64,000 nt of DNA from Thermoanaerobaculia bacterium (GTDB lineage: Bacteria > Acidobacteriota > Thermoanaerobaculia > Gp7-AA8), in assembly GCA_034664845.1 (NCBI GenBank), contig JAXDGW010000064.1:21632-85631 (forward strand), written 5' to 3'. Position numbers and translations under genes: made by a program. Positions 27,203-38,799 of the stretch are shown here, piece by piece; position 1 is the first letter of the stretch; the number at the start of each line of letters is the position of its first letter. The notes under the pieces were generated by a model. The model did not search any database and was not told the DNA's origin. It was given only the letters and a program-made list of their open reading frames with translations.

Positions 27203-27837
27203 CACACTCCCTTCACGTCCGCGCCCCAGATGTGTTTGTGCAGTTGCGTCTGCAGCCGCGCCGGAACGTGGTCGGCGAGCATCCATTCTGCCAGCGGTTT
27301 CAATTCCAACTCTCCCCACACCGGCGAAAAAAGGATCGTGCGCCCGGCCAGGTTCCGCTCCTCGATCACGCCTCGCGCCCATTCGTAGTCCGCGCGATCG
27401 GCGATGACGAACTTGATCTCGTCGTGCGGCCGCAGCTTCTCGATGTTCGGCCAATGATTCTTTTCGACTTCTCCCGAGCCGGGACACTTGATGTCGAGAA
27501 TGATCTTCGCGCGGCGGTCGACCGGCTCGATGTCGATCGACCCCGAGGTCTCGATCAGAACTTCGAAACCGGCGTCGCAGAGCGTCTCGATCAGCGTGAA
27601 CGCTTCCTTCTGCGCCAACGGCTCGCCGCCGGTCACCTCGACGAGATTGCAGTCGTAGCTCCGTACGCGCTCGATCACGTCATCGATCGAAATCTTGTCG
27701 CCGCCCGTGAATGTGTACTCGGAGTCGCACCAGCGGCAGCGCAGATTGCACCCGGCCAGCCGCACGAAAACGCAGGGGCGCCCCACGTGAGACGACTCGC
27801 CCTGGATGGAATGGAAAATCTCGGTGACGCGGAGCAT
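27202..27837 (-). CDS. queE: 7-carboxy-7-deazaguanine synthase (radical SAM)
   Basis: EIFHSIQGE, FVRLAGCNLRCRWCDS (CxxxCxxC), TGGEPL, IETSG, QTQLHKHIW. Confidence 0.92.
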   Translation of the reverse strand: MLRVTEIFHSIQGESSHVGRPCVFVRLAGCNLRCRWCDSEYTFTGGDKISIDDVIERVRSYDCNLVEVTGGEPLAQKEAFTLIETLCDAGFEVLIETSGSIDIEPVDRRAKIILDIKCPGSGEVEKNHWPNIEKLRPHDEIKFVIADRADYEWARGVIEERNLAGRTILFSPVWGELELKPLAEWMLADHVPARLQTQLHKHIWGADVKGV

Positions 27838-27998
27838 GAGCCGGAATCATGAGCGATCCGCCCCAGCCGTGTAAAAATTTGTGGCGATTTCCCCGGTGAT
27901 TTGACGGGTTGCCCCGTGCTCGCGACGCGCAACTGATTGCAGCACAATCACTTCGCGAACATCACCCCTCGGCCCGCCGTTTGATCTCTACCGTTCCC

Positions 27999-28118
27999 AT
28001 GGACAACATCGAATTCATCATTCAGGAACAGCAGGAAGAGAGCTTCAGGAGAGCGGGTGTGTTGACCGGGTGGGAAACGGTCGTGTTTCAGGTGGAGGAT
28101 GTGCCGCCGGAGGATTGA
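27999..28118 (+). CDS. Putative 39-aa acidic small protein
   Basis: MDNIEFIIQEQQEESFRRAGVLTGWETVVFQVEDVPPED fills the gap between queE and the CDGSH gene; no clear SD. Confidence 0.4.
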   Translation: MDNIEFIIQEQQEESFRRAGVLTGWETVVFQVEDVPPED

Positions 28119-28330
28119 GGTCCCGGATCGGTTTCCTGCACCGCTTCGTTGGCACCTTTGAAGCCGATCTTCGAGTGGGTGCCGTCGCAGAACGGCTTCA
28201 TCGTCGAACCGCCGCAGCGGCAGAGCGCCGCCTTCTTCACCTCGACCGGATTGCCCTGCGCATCGGTAAGGGTGAACTCGCCCTCGACGAGGTAGGGCCC
28301 GTTGTCGCGGATCTTGATGTTGATGGTCAT
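28088..28330 (-). CDS. CDGSH iron-sulfur domain protein
   Basis: NGPYLVEG, ALCRCGGSTMKPFCDGTH. Confidence 0.9.
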   Translation of the reverse strand: MTINIKIRDNGPYLVEGEFTLTDAQGNPVEVKKAALCRCGGSTMKPFCDGTHSKIGFKGANEAVQETDPGPQSSGGTSST

Positions 28331-28340
28331 TACGGTCTCC

Positions 28341-28703
28341 TCAGAAGATCGGGTTTTGGGCGACGTGCTCGAGATGCCAGTTGTAGGTGTAGCCGGGAAA
28401 GACGATCGGGATCGTGTAGGTGACGGTGACGGTGATCTCGCCTGCGGCCCGCTTGATCGTGATGTTGTCTTCGGTGACGGGCAGATTGTCTTCACGCGCC
28501 TTGGCCATGATCGCGGCTCGAATACGGTCATCGTTGTGCGTGCCAGCCGACTTGGCTTCGTCGACGACGGTCTGCCGCAACTCCGCTGCCTTCACCTTCA
28601 CCGGAATCATTTTCCAGGCCACGAAAATGGCGATGCCGAGAAGGATGAGCCCGAGCAAGCAACCGAATTGATTCTCACCGCGCTCGTAGCGACTCTTGCG
28701 CAT
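28341..28703 (-). CDS. DUF4845-like pilin-fold membrane-anchored protein
   Basis: RGENQFGCLLGLILL prepilin-like N-terminal TM followed by an alpha/beta body. Confidence 0.55.
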   Translation of the reverse strand: MRKSRYERGENQFGCLLGLILLGIAIFVAWKMIPVKVKAAELRQTVVDEAKSAGTHNDDRIRAAIMAKAREDNLPVTEDNITIKRAAGEITVTVTYTIPIVFPGYTYNWHLEHVAQNPIF

Positions 28704-28730
28704 AAAAACCTCCGTCGGCGGTGAGTATAC

Positions 28731-29480
28731 CTATTGGATGAGCTTGAAGAAGCGATTGCTGCGCGATCCTCCGCTTGCCTCTCCTCGGCCTTGCGATGCC
28801 GGAGAAGAAGTGGCGCCTGCGACTCCTGGCTCCAGGCTCGCGACCGGCGCTGCGGACGACCAGAGGATCATTCGCGCACGGCCGACGACGGATGCGCGCG
28901 GAAGGAGACCCCAGCTGCGGCTGTCGAGAGAGTCGCTGCGGTTGTCACCGAGGACGTAGTAACAGTCCGCGGGGATGATCTGGGGAGCGATGGCGCCGGT
29001 GCTCGCTTGCGCGGCGATGTAGCTCTCCGCGATGGCGTGGCCTCGAACCATCACACGCCCTTCGCGCGTTTCCACGAGATCGCCGGGAGTGCCGATGACG
29101 CGCTTGACCATCAGCTCATCGCTGGCATGCGGCGATCGGAAGACGATCACGTCGCCGTTCTGCGGCTTGTTGCTGAAACGATAAGGCGTGACGACGATGT
29201 GATCGCCGGCGATCAGCGTCGGAGCCATCGACGAGGAAGGAATCACGTAGAGCTGCAGCGCCGCGCGCACGAAAAACGCCAGCACGATGGCAATCGCCAA
29301 CGGCTCGACGATGAGACGGATCGCGGATTTGTGTCGCACCGGGTTGCGCAACGAAGGACAGGACGCGGTCATTTCGCGGAGGTGATTGAGCCGATATTGG
29401 ACTGAGAAATGTTGAATGTTCACGTTCTCCACTCCCTGGCTCCCGAACTCAGCCATTGCCCGCAACCTTCTTGACGCCAC
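28731..29480 (-). CDS. lepB: Signal peptidase I (start uncertain, probably 29372 or 29423)
   Basis: IPSSSMAPTL..GD, GDVIVF, VKRVIG.PGD, LGDNR..SLDSR.WG. Confidence 0.88.
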   Translation of the reverse strand: MASRRLRAMAEFGSQGVENVNIQHFSVQYRLNHLREMTASCPSLRNPVRHKSAIRLIVEPLAIAIVLAFFVRAALQLYVIPSSSMAPTLIAGDHIVVTPYRFSNKPQNGDVIVFRSPHASDELMVKRVIGTPGDLVETREGRVMVRGHAIAESYIAAQASTGAIAPQIIPADCYYVLGDNRSDSLDSRSWGLLPRASVVGRARMILWSSAAPVASLEPGVAGATSSPASQGRGEASGGSRSNRFFKLIQ

Positions 29481-29499
29481 TCCTCCGCGCGGCTACTGT
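29471..29499 (+). promoter_or_regulatory. Sigma70-type promoter of gvpJ-gvpA (leaderless)
   Basis: TTGACG-N17-TACTGT, then 8 nt to ATG 29508. Confidence 0.65.
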
Positions 29500-29507
29500 T
29501 CGCGGGC

Positions 29508-29846
29508 ATGCCGATCGAGCCGCGACAGCCGCAAGGGCTTGTCGACATTCTCGACAAGATCCTGGACAAGGGTCTCGTCGTCGCGGGAGACATCAAAGTC
29601 TCGCTCGCCAACGTCGAGCTCCTGACGATTCAGCTTCGTCTCGTCATCTGCTCGATCGACAAGGCCGAGGCGATCGGCATCAACTGGTGGCGGTCGGACC
29701 GGTTCTACTCCGCCGCTCCCAACGTCGCCGGCAGTGAGGAGTACGACGCTTTGAAGGCCCGGGTCCATGAGCTCGAACAGAAGCTCGAGGCACGGGAGCT
29801 TCCGCAGTCTTCCCAGAAAAAAGCAGACGAGAGGAAAGGCAGGTAA
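29508..29846 (+). CDS. gvpJ: Gas vesicle protein GvpJ-like
   Basis: LVDILDKILDKGLVVAGDIKVSLANVELLTIQLRLVICSIDKAEAIGINWW, with a C-terminal coiled coil. Confidence 0.8.
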   Translation: MPIEPRQPQGLVDILDKILDKGLVVAGDIKVSLANVELLTIQLRLVICSIDKAEAIGINWWRSDRFYSAAPNVAGSEEYDALKARVHELEQKLEARELPQSSQKKADERKGR

Positions 29847-29849
29847 GTC

Positions 29850-30137
29850 ATGGCAGTCGAACGGGCACCAGGCGGCACCAGTCTCATCGACGTACTCGAC
29901 CGAATTCTCGATAAAGGTATCGTCGTCGATGCCTGGGTCCGAATCTCGCTCGTCGGCATCGACCTGATCACGGTTGAAGCGCGCGTCGTCATCGCGTCAA
30001 TCGATACCTACCTCAAGTACGCCGAGGCGGTCGGTATCACCTCCACGGTCGCACGTCCGGCCCTCGGGCCCGGCGAAGGCGGCACGGGCGGCGGAACCGG
30101 CAGCGCAACGCCGGCATCAGGCGTCGGCCGCGCGTAA
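29850..30137 (+). CDS. gvpA: Gas vesicle structural protein GvpA
   Basis: [52 protein letters not shown]. Confidence 0.92.
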   Translation: MAVERAPGGTSLIDVLDRILDKGIVVDAWVRISLVGIDLITVEARVVIASIDTYLKYAEAVGITSTVARPALGPGEGGTGGGTGSATPASGVGRA

Positions 30138-30160
30138 ACGGGTTCGTCCGGTTGAGCAAG

Positions 30161-30200
30161 AACGCCTGCCGCGCAGAGCGCACGGCAGGCGTTTGTATTT
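30161..30200 (+). terminator. Intrinsic terminator after gvpA
   Basis: AACGCCTGCCG / CGGCAGGCGTT 11-bp stem followed by TGTATTT. Confidence 0.7.
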
Positions 30201-30224
30201 CGCGCTCAGTCTGGATTCGTCACA

Positions 30225-32270
30225 TCACTTCAGCCACTGATCAAACCAATCGCCAACCGTCTGGTACCAGAGCTTCGAATTCTGCGGCTTCAGAACCCAG
30301 TGGCCTTCGTCCGGGAAGTAGACCATCTTCGACGGCACGCCCCGCCGCTGCAGCGCGGTGAATAGCTCGAGGCCCTGGTTGATCGGAACGCGGAAATCGA
30401 GCTCGCCGTGCGTCACCAGCGTGGGCGTCTTGAAGTTCTTCACGAAGTTGTCGGGCGACCAGCGCTCATACTGCTCGGGGTTGTCCCACGGGTTGCCCTT
30501 GAATTCCCATTCCGGGAACCACAGCTCCTCGGTCACGCCGTACTCCGATTTCAGATCGTAAACGCCAGCGTGCGAAACGAGGGCTTTGAAGCGGTCGGTG
30601 TGGCCGAGGATCCAGTCGATCATGTAGCCGCCGTAGGATCCGCCGGCCGCGCCGACGCGCGTGCCATCGACATAGGGCAACGCCGCGAGCATGTCGACGC
30701 CGTTCATGACATCGATGTAGGCCTTGCCGCCCCAGTCGCCGGAAATCTCTTCAACGAACTTCTGTCCGAAACCGCTCGATCCGCGCGGATTCGGCATCAG
30801 GACGACGTAGCCGCGCGCGGCGAACATCTGCGGATTCCAGCGATACGACCAGGCATCGCCCCAGGCTCCCTGCGGACCGCCGTGAATGAGGACGATGGCA
30901 GGATACTTTTTGGTCGCGTCGAAGCCCGGCGGCGTCATCAGATGGCCCTGAATTCGAGCGTTTTCGGCGCCGGTCCAGAAGACGTCTTTGGTCGCGCCCA
31001 TTTTCAAGTTTGTAAGAAGCGCATCGTTCTCGTGCGTCAGACGCTGCGCGGCGGCGGCGCGTTTGTTCACGGCGTAGATTTCGGTCGGTCCCGTCAGCGA
31101 CGAGCGTGCGCAATAGAGCGTCTGCCCGTTGGGAGAGACGGCGACGGCGCCCGTCGAGGCGGACGCTTCGATCGGTGAGAACTTGCCGTCGAGCGTGACC
31201 TCGTACACCAGGTCGCGTCCTTCGTGCGGCGCGATGACGTACATCGATTTCGAATCGGGCGCCCATGTGACCGACTCGACCCAGTTGGAAAATTCTGCGC
31301 CGACGCGATGCGATGTCCCGGCCTTCCGGTCGTAGAGCCACAGCTCCCATAAGTCGGATTCATAGCCGGCACGCGCCTGCGATCGGTAGGCGATCCAGCG
31401 GCCGTCGGGCGAGTAGTGCGGCGACGTGTCCGCGCCGGTGCGTGGTGTGATCCGCTTCGCCACCGCAGGTGTCACAGGCGCAGGCGCGCTGGCATTCGGG
31501 ATGACGAAGAGAAAGAGATCGGCGTCCGTAGAGAGCTCCGGATGATCCGCCGTGTCGCGAGCGTAGACCACTTCTTTGCCGTCGGGCGAGATATCGAACT
31601 CGTCGCCGCCTCCAACCGAAAACGGCGGCGCGTCGTAGGCGCCCGGCGTGAGGTCCTGCACGTTCCCACCGTTGAGCGGCAGCAGCAGAATGTGACTGCG
31701 CGCCGGCTCCTGCCACGCTTTCCAGTGGCGATAGAGAAGGCTGGTGAGCACGCGCGCCTTCGTCGGTGCCGCCGCCTCGGCAGTCGTTTTGTCTTTGATG
31801 CAGCCCGGGTCGACGCCGCAGTCGGGATAGATATCGGAGACGACGACGAGCCCCGATCCGTCCGGCAGCCACTTCATGCTTCCGGCACCGCCGGGGAGGT
31901 TGCTCGACTTCCGCGCCATCCCGGTCGCAACGTCATAAATCCAGACCTGATGTGCCCCGCCGTCGCGGTTGGAGGCGAACGCAATCTTCTTCCCGTCCGG
32001 CGACCAGACCGGCCCGTTGTCCTGATGCGCCGCGTCACTGATCAGCTTCGGCACACCGCCCGCCGAGGGCATGATGTAGACCGCGCTGAAGCTCTTGTTC
32101 GCCTTGAGATCGGGCGTGGAAACGTCGTAGGCAAGCCACTTCCCATCCGGCGAGAGCTGCGGACCGCCGATGCGATGGATGGAAACGAGTTCCTGAAACG
32201 TCATGGCGTGTTGCGCCATGGCCGTCGTTGCCAATCCGAGTAACGCGAGTGTGAAGATGATGCGCTTCAT
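30225..32270 (-). CDS. S9 family peptidase (dipeptidyl aminopeptidase/acylaminoacyl-peptidase)
   Basis: Signal peptide, WD40/PD40 propeller repeats (SPDG), IHGGPQG, GGSYGGY, HGELDFRVP, FPDEGHWV. Confidence 0.92.
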   Translation of the reverse strand: MKRIIFTLALLGLATTAMAQHAMTFQELVSIHRIGGPQLSPDGKWLAYDVSTPDLKANKSFSAVYIMPSAGGVPKLISDAAHQDNGPVWSPDGKKIAFASNRDGGAHQVWIYDVATGMARKSSNLPGGAGSMKWLPDGSGLVVVSDIYPDCGVDPGCIKDKTTAEAAAPTKARVLTSLLYRHWKAWQEPARSHILLLPLNGGNVQDLTPGAYDAPPFSVGGGDEFDISPDGKEVVYARDTADHPELSTDADLFLFVIPNASAPAPVTPAVAKRITPRTGADTSPHYSPDGRWIAYRSQARAGYESDLWELWLYDRKAGTSHRVGAEFSNWVESVTWAPDSKSMYVIAPHEGRDLVYEVTLDGKFSPIEASASTGAVAVSPNGQTLYCARSSLTGPTEIYAVNKRAAAAQRLTHENDALLTNLKMGATKDVFWTGAENARIQGHLMTPPGFDATKKYPAIVLIHGGPQGAWGDAWSYRWNPQMFAARGYVVLMPNPRGSSGFGQKFVEEISGDWGGKAYIDVMNGVDMLAALPYVDGTRVGAAGGSYGGYMIDWILGHTDRFKALVSHAGVYDLKSEYGVTEELWFPEWEFKGNPWDNPEQYERWSPDNFVKNFKTPTLVTHGELDFRVPINQGLELFTALQRRGVPSKMVYFPDEGHWVLKPQNSKLWYQTVGDWFDQWLK

Positions 32271-32283
32271 GAAACCTCCGTTT

Positions 32284-32348
32284 TGAAGAGTGCAGAGTGA
32301 AGAAGAAACTCGGTGTCTTTCACACTTCACTCTTCACACTCAAACTTC
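32284..32348. repeat. TGAAG/CTTCA short-unit palindrome
   Basis: TGAAGAGTGCAGAGTGAAG versus CTTCACTCTTCACACTCAAACTTCA. Confidence 0.55.
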
Positions 32349-33996
32349 ATCGTATGTATCCCAGCGACTTTAGATTTTCGTAATACTCCTCATTCATTTT
32401 CGTCGCTTGCGATTTTGAGATCCGGGAGCCGTAAGTGGCGATGCGAGGCAGTTCGTTGCCGCTCAGCGTGCGGCCTGACATCTCGTTCGACGGAGGAAAG
32501 CCGGTGAGCGAACAGAGCGTCGGCGCGATGTCGAACGGCGTCGTTGTCGGCGCCAGCGTGATCGTCGATGCGAGCACGGCCTGGCCGCCCTGATTGTCGC
32601 CCGGCATCCCTGCGACGATCACATCGAAGCCGCGTCCGCGAAGCGCCTCGACCGCGGCGACAACGCCGTCGAGTGCGCGAACGGACGCCGTCAGCCGCGC
32701 CGAGGGATCGATCGGCAGGCGGTTGAGAATCACGTCGAGCGCCGGGAGATAGACCGTGGCCACGTGCGGATTTTCTGCATCGACCGCATGGAGCAGGCGC
32801 TTCACAGAGGTCTCGTCGACACGGAGGGCGACAGAATCGGGCGTGCCGCGGCCGGATGCGGCCGTAGCGAAGATCGACATCTGGCCGATCGAGTCGAGCG
32901 CGCCGGCGTGCGCATCGGCCGACGTCCACCAGTTCACGGCGACGCTCGGCACCCCGCGGGCCGCAAAGATCTCCCAGACAAAATCGCGGCGCCTCACGGT
33001 CGGCGGCAACGGCTCGCGCTTGGTCAATCCCACTGCGTCGCCAAGACCATGCAGCACGACGTCCCGATGCGACACGGACTGCAGAAGATGGCGTCCATTC
33101 CAGAGCCGTACGCCTTCGACCGCGCGGACGCCGTGCAGGTACGTCTTCACGCCGGTGCCGAGGGAGGCCCAGCGCTCCGTCGTGGAACCGCCGCGAAGTG
33201 AAGCGACGGCGTACGCGGAAGGAAGTGCCTTACCGAGGTCGGGGCGGGAGCGAAGGATGTCCCAGGTCAGGCCGTCGACAGCGATCAGCGCGACCCTGCG
33301 CGTGCTCGGCGTCGTCACGACTTGCAACGGCGGCTCGGCGGCGCTCCGCTCCTGAGTCGCGTACGCCGGAAGGAAGAGCACCGCGATGAGAAAGGCGGCC
33401 GCCATCGTCATCGGCATCGTGCGTGGCTTCTGATGAATGGCCGGAACGCGTTGCAGCTCGTAGATCGAGAACGACAACAGCGCAGCAGAGACGGCGACGC
33501 TGCTGAACAGGAAGAGCGCCACGATCAACCCGAGGCCCATCAGCAGTTCCGGCCAGGACGGCGCCGCGTCGAATCCGTACCACCAGACCGCGATCGCACC
33601 GGACGGAATCGCGCTTGCGGCGAAGGAGATGCCGAGGAGCGCGCGGGGTGTGTCGATGGCCAGGCTCGGACGCAAACGAAGAATCAGCGCGATCACGACG
33701 AGCAAAACGAGAGAAATTACGAAACCTGTCACTCCATAGAGAAGAGACAGCAGCAACGTCTCGCCCGCGGTCAGCGGATGGTTTCGAAACAACATGATGG
33801 CAACGAGCGGAACGATCGCGAAAAGGGCGACCAGGAGCGAAGCTTTGGCCGCGACGGTGGTGAGCTCCAGCCAGAAAGCGCGAGAGGAGCGCCCGGCGGT
33901 AAAGGGGTCGTGCGCGAACCACCGCTCGATGCCATGCGAGAGGTACCCGCGCTCCCGCAACTCGCGACGCAAATCGTCGACGGACGGCACCGGCAC
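32347..33996 (-). CDS. Membrane protein with alkaline-phosphatase/sulfatase-like C-terminal domain
   Basis: About six N-terminal TMs; VALIAVDGLTWD; DIAPTL..L.G.P..EM.GR; C-terminal YENLKSLGYI. Confidence 0.65.
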   Translation of the reverse strand: MPVPSVDDLRRELRERGYLSHGIERWFAHDPFTAGRSSRAFWLELTTVAAKASLLVALFAIVPLVAIMLFRNHPLTAGETLLLSLLYGVTGFVISLVLLVVIALILRLRPSLAIDTPRALLGISFAASAIPSGAIAVWWYGFDAAPSWPELLMGLGLIVALFLFSSVAVSAALLSFSIYELQRVPAIHQKPRTMPMTMAAAFLIAVLFLPAYATQERSAAEPPLQVVTTPSTRRVALIAVDGLTWDILRSRPDLGKALPSAYAVASLRGGSTTERWASLGTGVKTYLHGVRAVEGVRLWNGRHLLQSVSHRDVVLHGLGDAVGLTKREPLPPTVRRRDFVWEIFAARGVPSVAVNWWTSADAHAGALDSIGQMSIFATAASGRGTPDSVALRVDETSVKRLLHAVDAENPHVATVYLPALDVILNRLPIDPSARLTASVRALDGVVAAVEALRGRGFDVIVAGMPGDNQGGQAVLASTITLAPTTTPFDIAPTLCSLTGFPPSNEMSGRTLSGNELPRIATYGSRISKSQATKMNEEYYENLKSLGYIR

Positions 33997-34044
33997 GGCG
34001 CGGAATATAGCACTCAGTGCGGCGTTCTATCGCCCGACTCTTCA

Positions 34045-34944
34045 ATGGATTCCGGCGCGGTTACCCCAGGCAATGCGATCAATCATGAGGCGCTGCCCCA
34101 GCCGCCGAACGACGACCTGCCGAAGCGCCATCCGCTGACGAAATTCCTGTCCGGCGCCGCCATCACCATCGGTTTCGTCCTCCTCAAACTGAAGGCCGTC
34201 GTCCTCGTCGTCTTCGATTTCTTCCGAGGCTACGCCGTCAACCCGTTCGAAGGCTTCGGACTGATGCAGTTTTCCGTGGCCGGCGGATCGATGGCCCTCT
34301 CCATCTGGGCGATGGCGACGAAAGCGCCGCTGCCGCTCGTGGTCGGATTCGTCGGAATCATCCTCGTTCACGAAATCGGTCACGCGGTGGCCATCCGCGC
34401 CAAAGGTCTCCACGCCGGCCTGATGGTGTTCATCCCGTTCATCGGCGGCGCGGTCACGCTCAAGGATCAGCCGCGATCGGCGTACGACGACGCGCAGATC
34501 GGACTGGCAGGGCCGGTAGCGGGGACGTTCGCCTCGCTCGTGGTCCTGCAGGTGTACAAGTGGAACGACCAGCCGCTCTATCTAGCCATCGCCGCGGCAG
34601 GCTTCGCCGTGAACCTCATCAACCTCCTGCCGATCGGAATGCTCGACGGCGGCCGGATCTCCGCCGCGGTGACGAAGTGGATGTGGGTCTTCGGCGGCGG
34701 CGTGCTCGTCTACAAGGTGATCAAGCAGCCGAACCCGCTGATGTTGATCATCCTGGTGCTGGCCACGTTCCAGGTTTATCTGTCGATCGTGCGCGAGCGC
34801 GACGACAAATCGTTCTACGACGTGACGCTCGCGCAACGCGTCTTCATCGCCATCGCCTACTTCGGCCTCGTCCTCTTCCTCGGCCATCAGACGTACATGT
34901 CGCTGAACCGGCTGGCGGCGTTGGCGGGGCCGTTGGTGAAGTAG
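34045..34944 (+). CDS. Site-2 protease (M50) family protein
   Basis: VHEIGH, IGLAGP, NLINLLPIGMLDGGRI. Confidence 0.9.
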   Translation: MDSGAVTPGNAINHEALPQPPNDDLPKRHPLTKFLSGAAITIGFVLLKLKAVVLVVFDFFRGYAVNPFEGFGLMQFSVAGGSMALSIWAMATKAPLPLVVGFVGIILVHEIGHAVAIRAKGLHAGLMVFIPFIGGAVTLKDQPRSAYDDAQIGLAGPVAGTFASLVVLQVYKWNDQPLYLAIAAAGFAVNLINLLPIGMLDGGRISAAVTKWMWVFGGGVLVYKVIKQPNPLMLIILVLATFQVYLSIVRERDDKSFYDVTLAQRVFIAIAYFGLVLFLGHQTYMSLNRLAALAGPLVK

Positions 34945-35013
34945 GGCCCGCTATCGTCAGCAGGCGGAATGCCGTCGCTTTCAATTCGTTTTGATACGCT
35001 TACGCTCGCTGCA

Positions 35014-35277
35014 ATGAACCTTTACCTCCTCTTCGCAATCGCGCTTGGCGCCATCTCCGGAACGACCGAAGTGACGGTCGCGCGGCCGGGCTTTGCCAGC
35101 GTGGCGGCCGAGTGCGGGGTGATGACGAGCGAGCAGTCGATCGCATCGCCGCGAAGCACGCTCCATCACGCCCGTTCCGAGTCGACCGCTCCTCGGGTTA
35201 TCGAGAGCGCTCCCGCCCGCATCGAAGCGCCCCTCTCCGGCGCCGCCACGCCTCGCGCTCCCGCAACCAGCTGCTGA
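35014..35277 (+). CDS. Small exported uORF upstream of secA; candidate SecM-like arrest peptide
   Basis: Hydrophobic N-terminus MNLYLLFAIALGAISG, low-complexity linker, C-terminus GAATPRAPATSC; TACGCT -10 box 7 nt before ATG; 48 nt from the secA start. Confidence 0.6.
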   Translation: MNLYLLFAIALGAISGTTEVTVARPGFASVAAECGVMTSEQSIASPRSTLHHARSESTAPRVIESAPARIEAPLSGAATPRAPATSC

Positions 35278-35313
35278 GCCGTTTCTCTCGCTCGCGGTTC
35301 GTTTGTTGCTGGG
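35260..35313 (+). promoter_or_regulatory. Hairpin joining the uORF arrest-motif codons to the secA ribosome-binding region
   Basis: CCCGCAAC(35260-67) pairs with GTTGC-T-GGG(35305-13), AGC with GTT, and GAGCCG(35276-81) with CGGTTC(35295-300); the stem ends directly at AAGGA. Confidence 0.6.
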
Positions 35314-35325
35314 AAGGAAAGCACC

Positions 35326-38070
<2,745 letters not shown>

Positions 38071-38116
38071 GCGGCACGGCCGGCGACGTTCGTCGCCCAA
38101 GGCTCCTTCAAGACGC

Positions 38117-38144
38117 TTGATCGAACGGTTGCGCGGCGTACACT
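38117..38144 (+). promoter_or_regulatory. Sigma70-type promoter of the MNT-HEPN pair (leaderless)
   Basis: TTGATC-N16-TACACT, then 7 nt to ATG 38152. Confidence 0.55.
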
Positions 38145-38151
38145 GACTTCG

Positions 38152-38463
38152 ATGCCCAACATCGCCATCGACTATGACAAGGAGAAACTCCGCGACTTCT
38201 GCCGCCGGTGGAAGATCACGGAGTTTTCTCTTTTCGGCAGCGTGGTGCGCGACGACTTCGGGCCGGAGAGTGATGTGGATGTGATGGTCCGGTTCGCTGA
38301 CGATGCGGGCTGGTCGCTGTTTGATGAAGTTCATATGGAAGACGAGCTGGTGGCGATCTTTGGCCGTGATGTCGACCTGCTGACGCGTCGTGCGGTCGAA
38401 CGAAGCCGCAATCCGATTCGACGTGATTCGATCCTGACAAATGCGGTGGCGCTTGATCTCTGA
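38152..38463 (+). CDS. Minimal nucleotidyltransferase (MntA-type antitoxin)
   Basis: FGSVVRDDFGPESDVDV = GS-x10-DxD; E.ELVAIFGRDVDL. Confidence 0.9.
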   Translation: MPNIAIDYDKEKLRDFCRRWKITEFSLFGSVVRDDFGPESDVDVMVRFADDAGWSLFDEVHMEDELVAIFGRDVDLLTRRAVERSRNPIRRDSILTNAVALDL

Positions 38464-38785
38464 AGACATCGCTATCCTGCAGGACATGATCGAGTCCGCA
38501 GGGCTTGCGCGGACGTATGTTGACGGCGTGACTGCTCGGGAATTCGAGTCGAGTCAACTGGTTCAGGACGCGGTCTCTTATCGGATCGGCATTATCGGGG
38601 AAGCAGCGCGCGACATCTCGTCCGCGACGGCGGAAATGATCCCGCTCGATTGGCGCGCCATCCGCGGAATGCGCAACCGTTTGTTTCACGGCTATCGGGA
38701 AGTCGATCTCGGGGACCTGTGGAGAACCGCGACGACCGATCTCCCTGACCTTATCGACGCAATCCAGTCGATTCTCAAGCCCTGA
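38441..38785 (+). CDS. HEPN/DUF86 ribonuclease toxin (HepT-like)
   Basis: L.DM.ES, IIGEAA, W.AIRGMRNRLFHGY (R-x4-H, followed by the Tyr that MntA adenylylates in characterised pairs). Confidence 0.9.
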   Translation: MRWRLISEDIAILQDMIESAGLARTYVDGVTAREFESSQLVQDAVSYRIGIIGEAARDISSATAEMIPLDWRAIRGMRNRLFHGYREVDLGDLWRTATTDLPDLIDAIQSILKP

Positions 38786-38799
38786 CATATCATCCCTTC

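Noticed and set aside
27838-27998. preQ1 riboswitch upstream of queE
   Set aside because: No preQ1 aptamer pattern; queE appears leaderless, with CATGAT 8 nt upstream.
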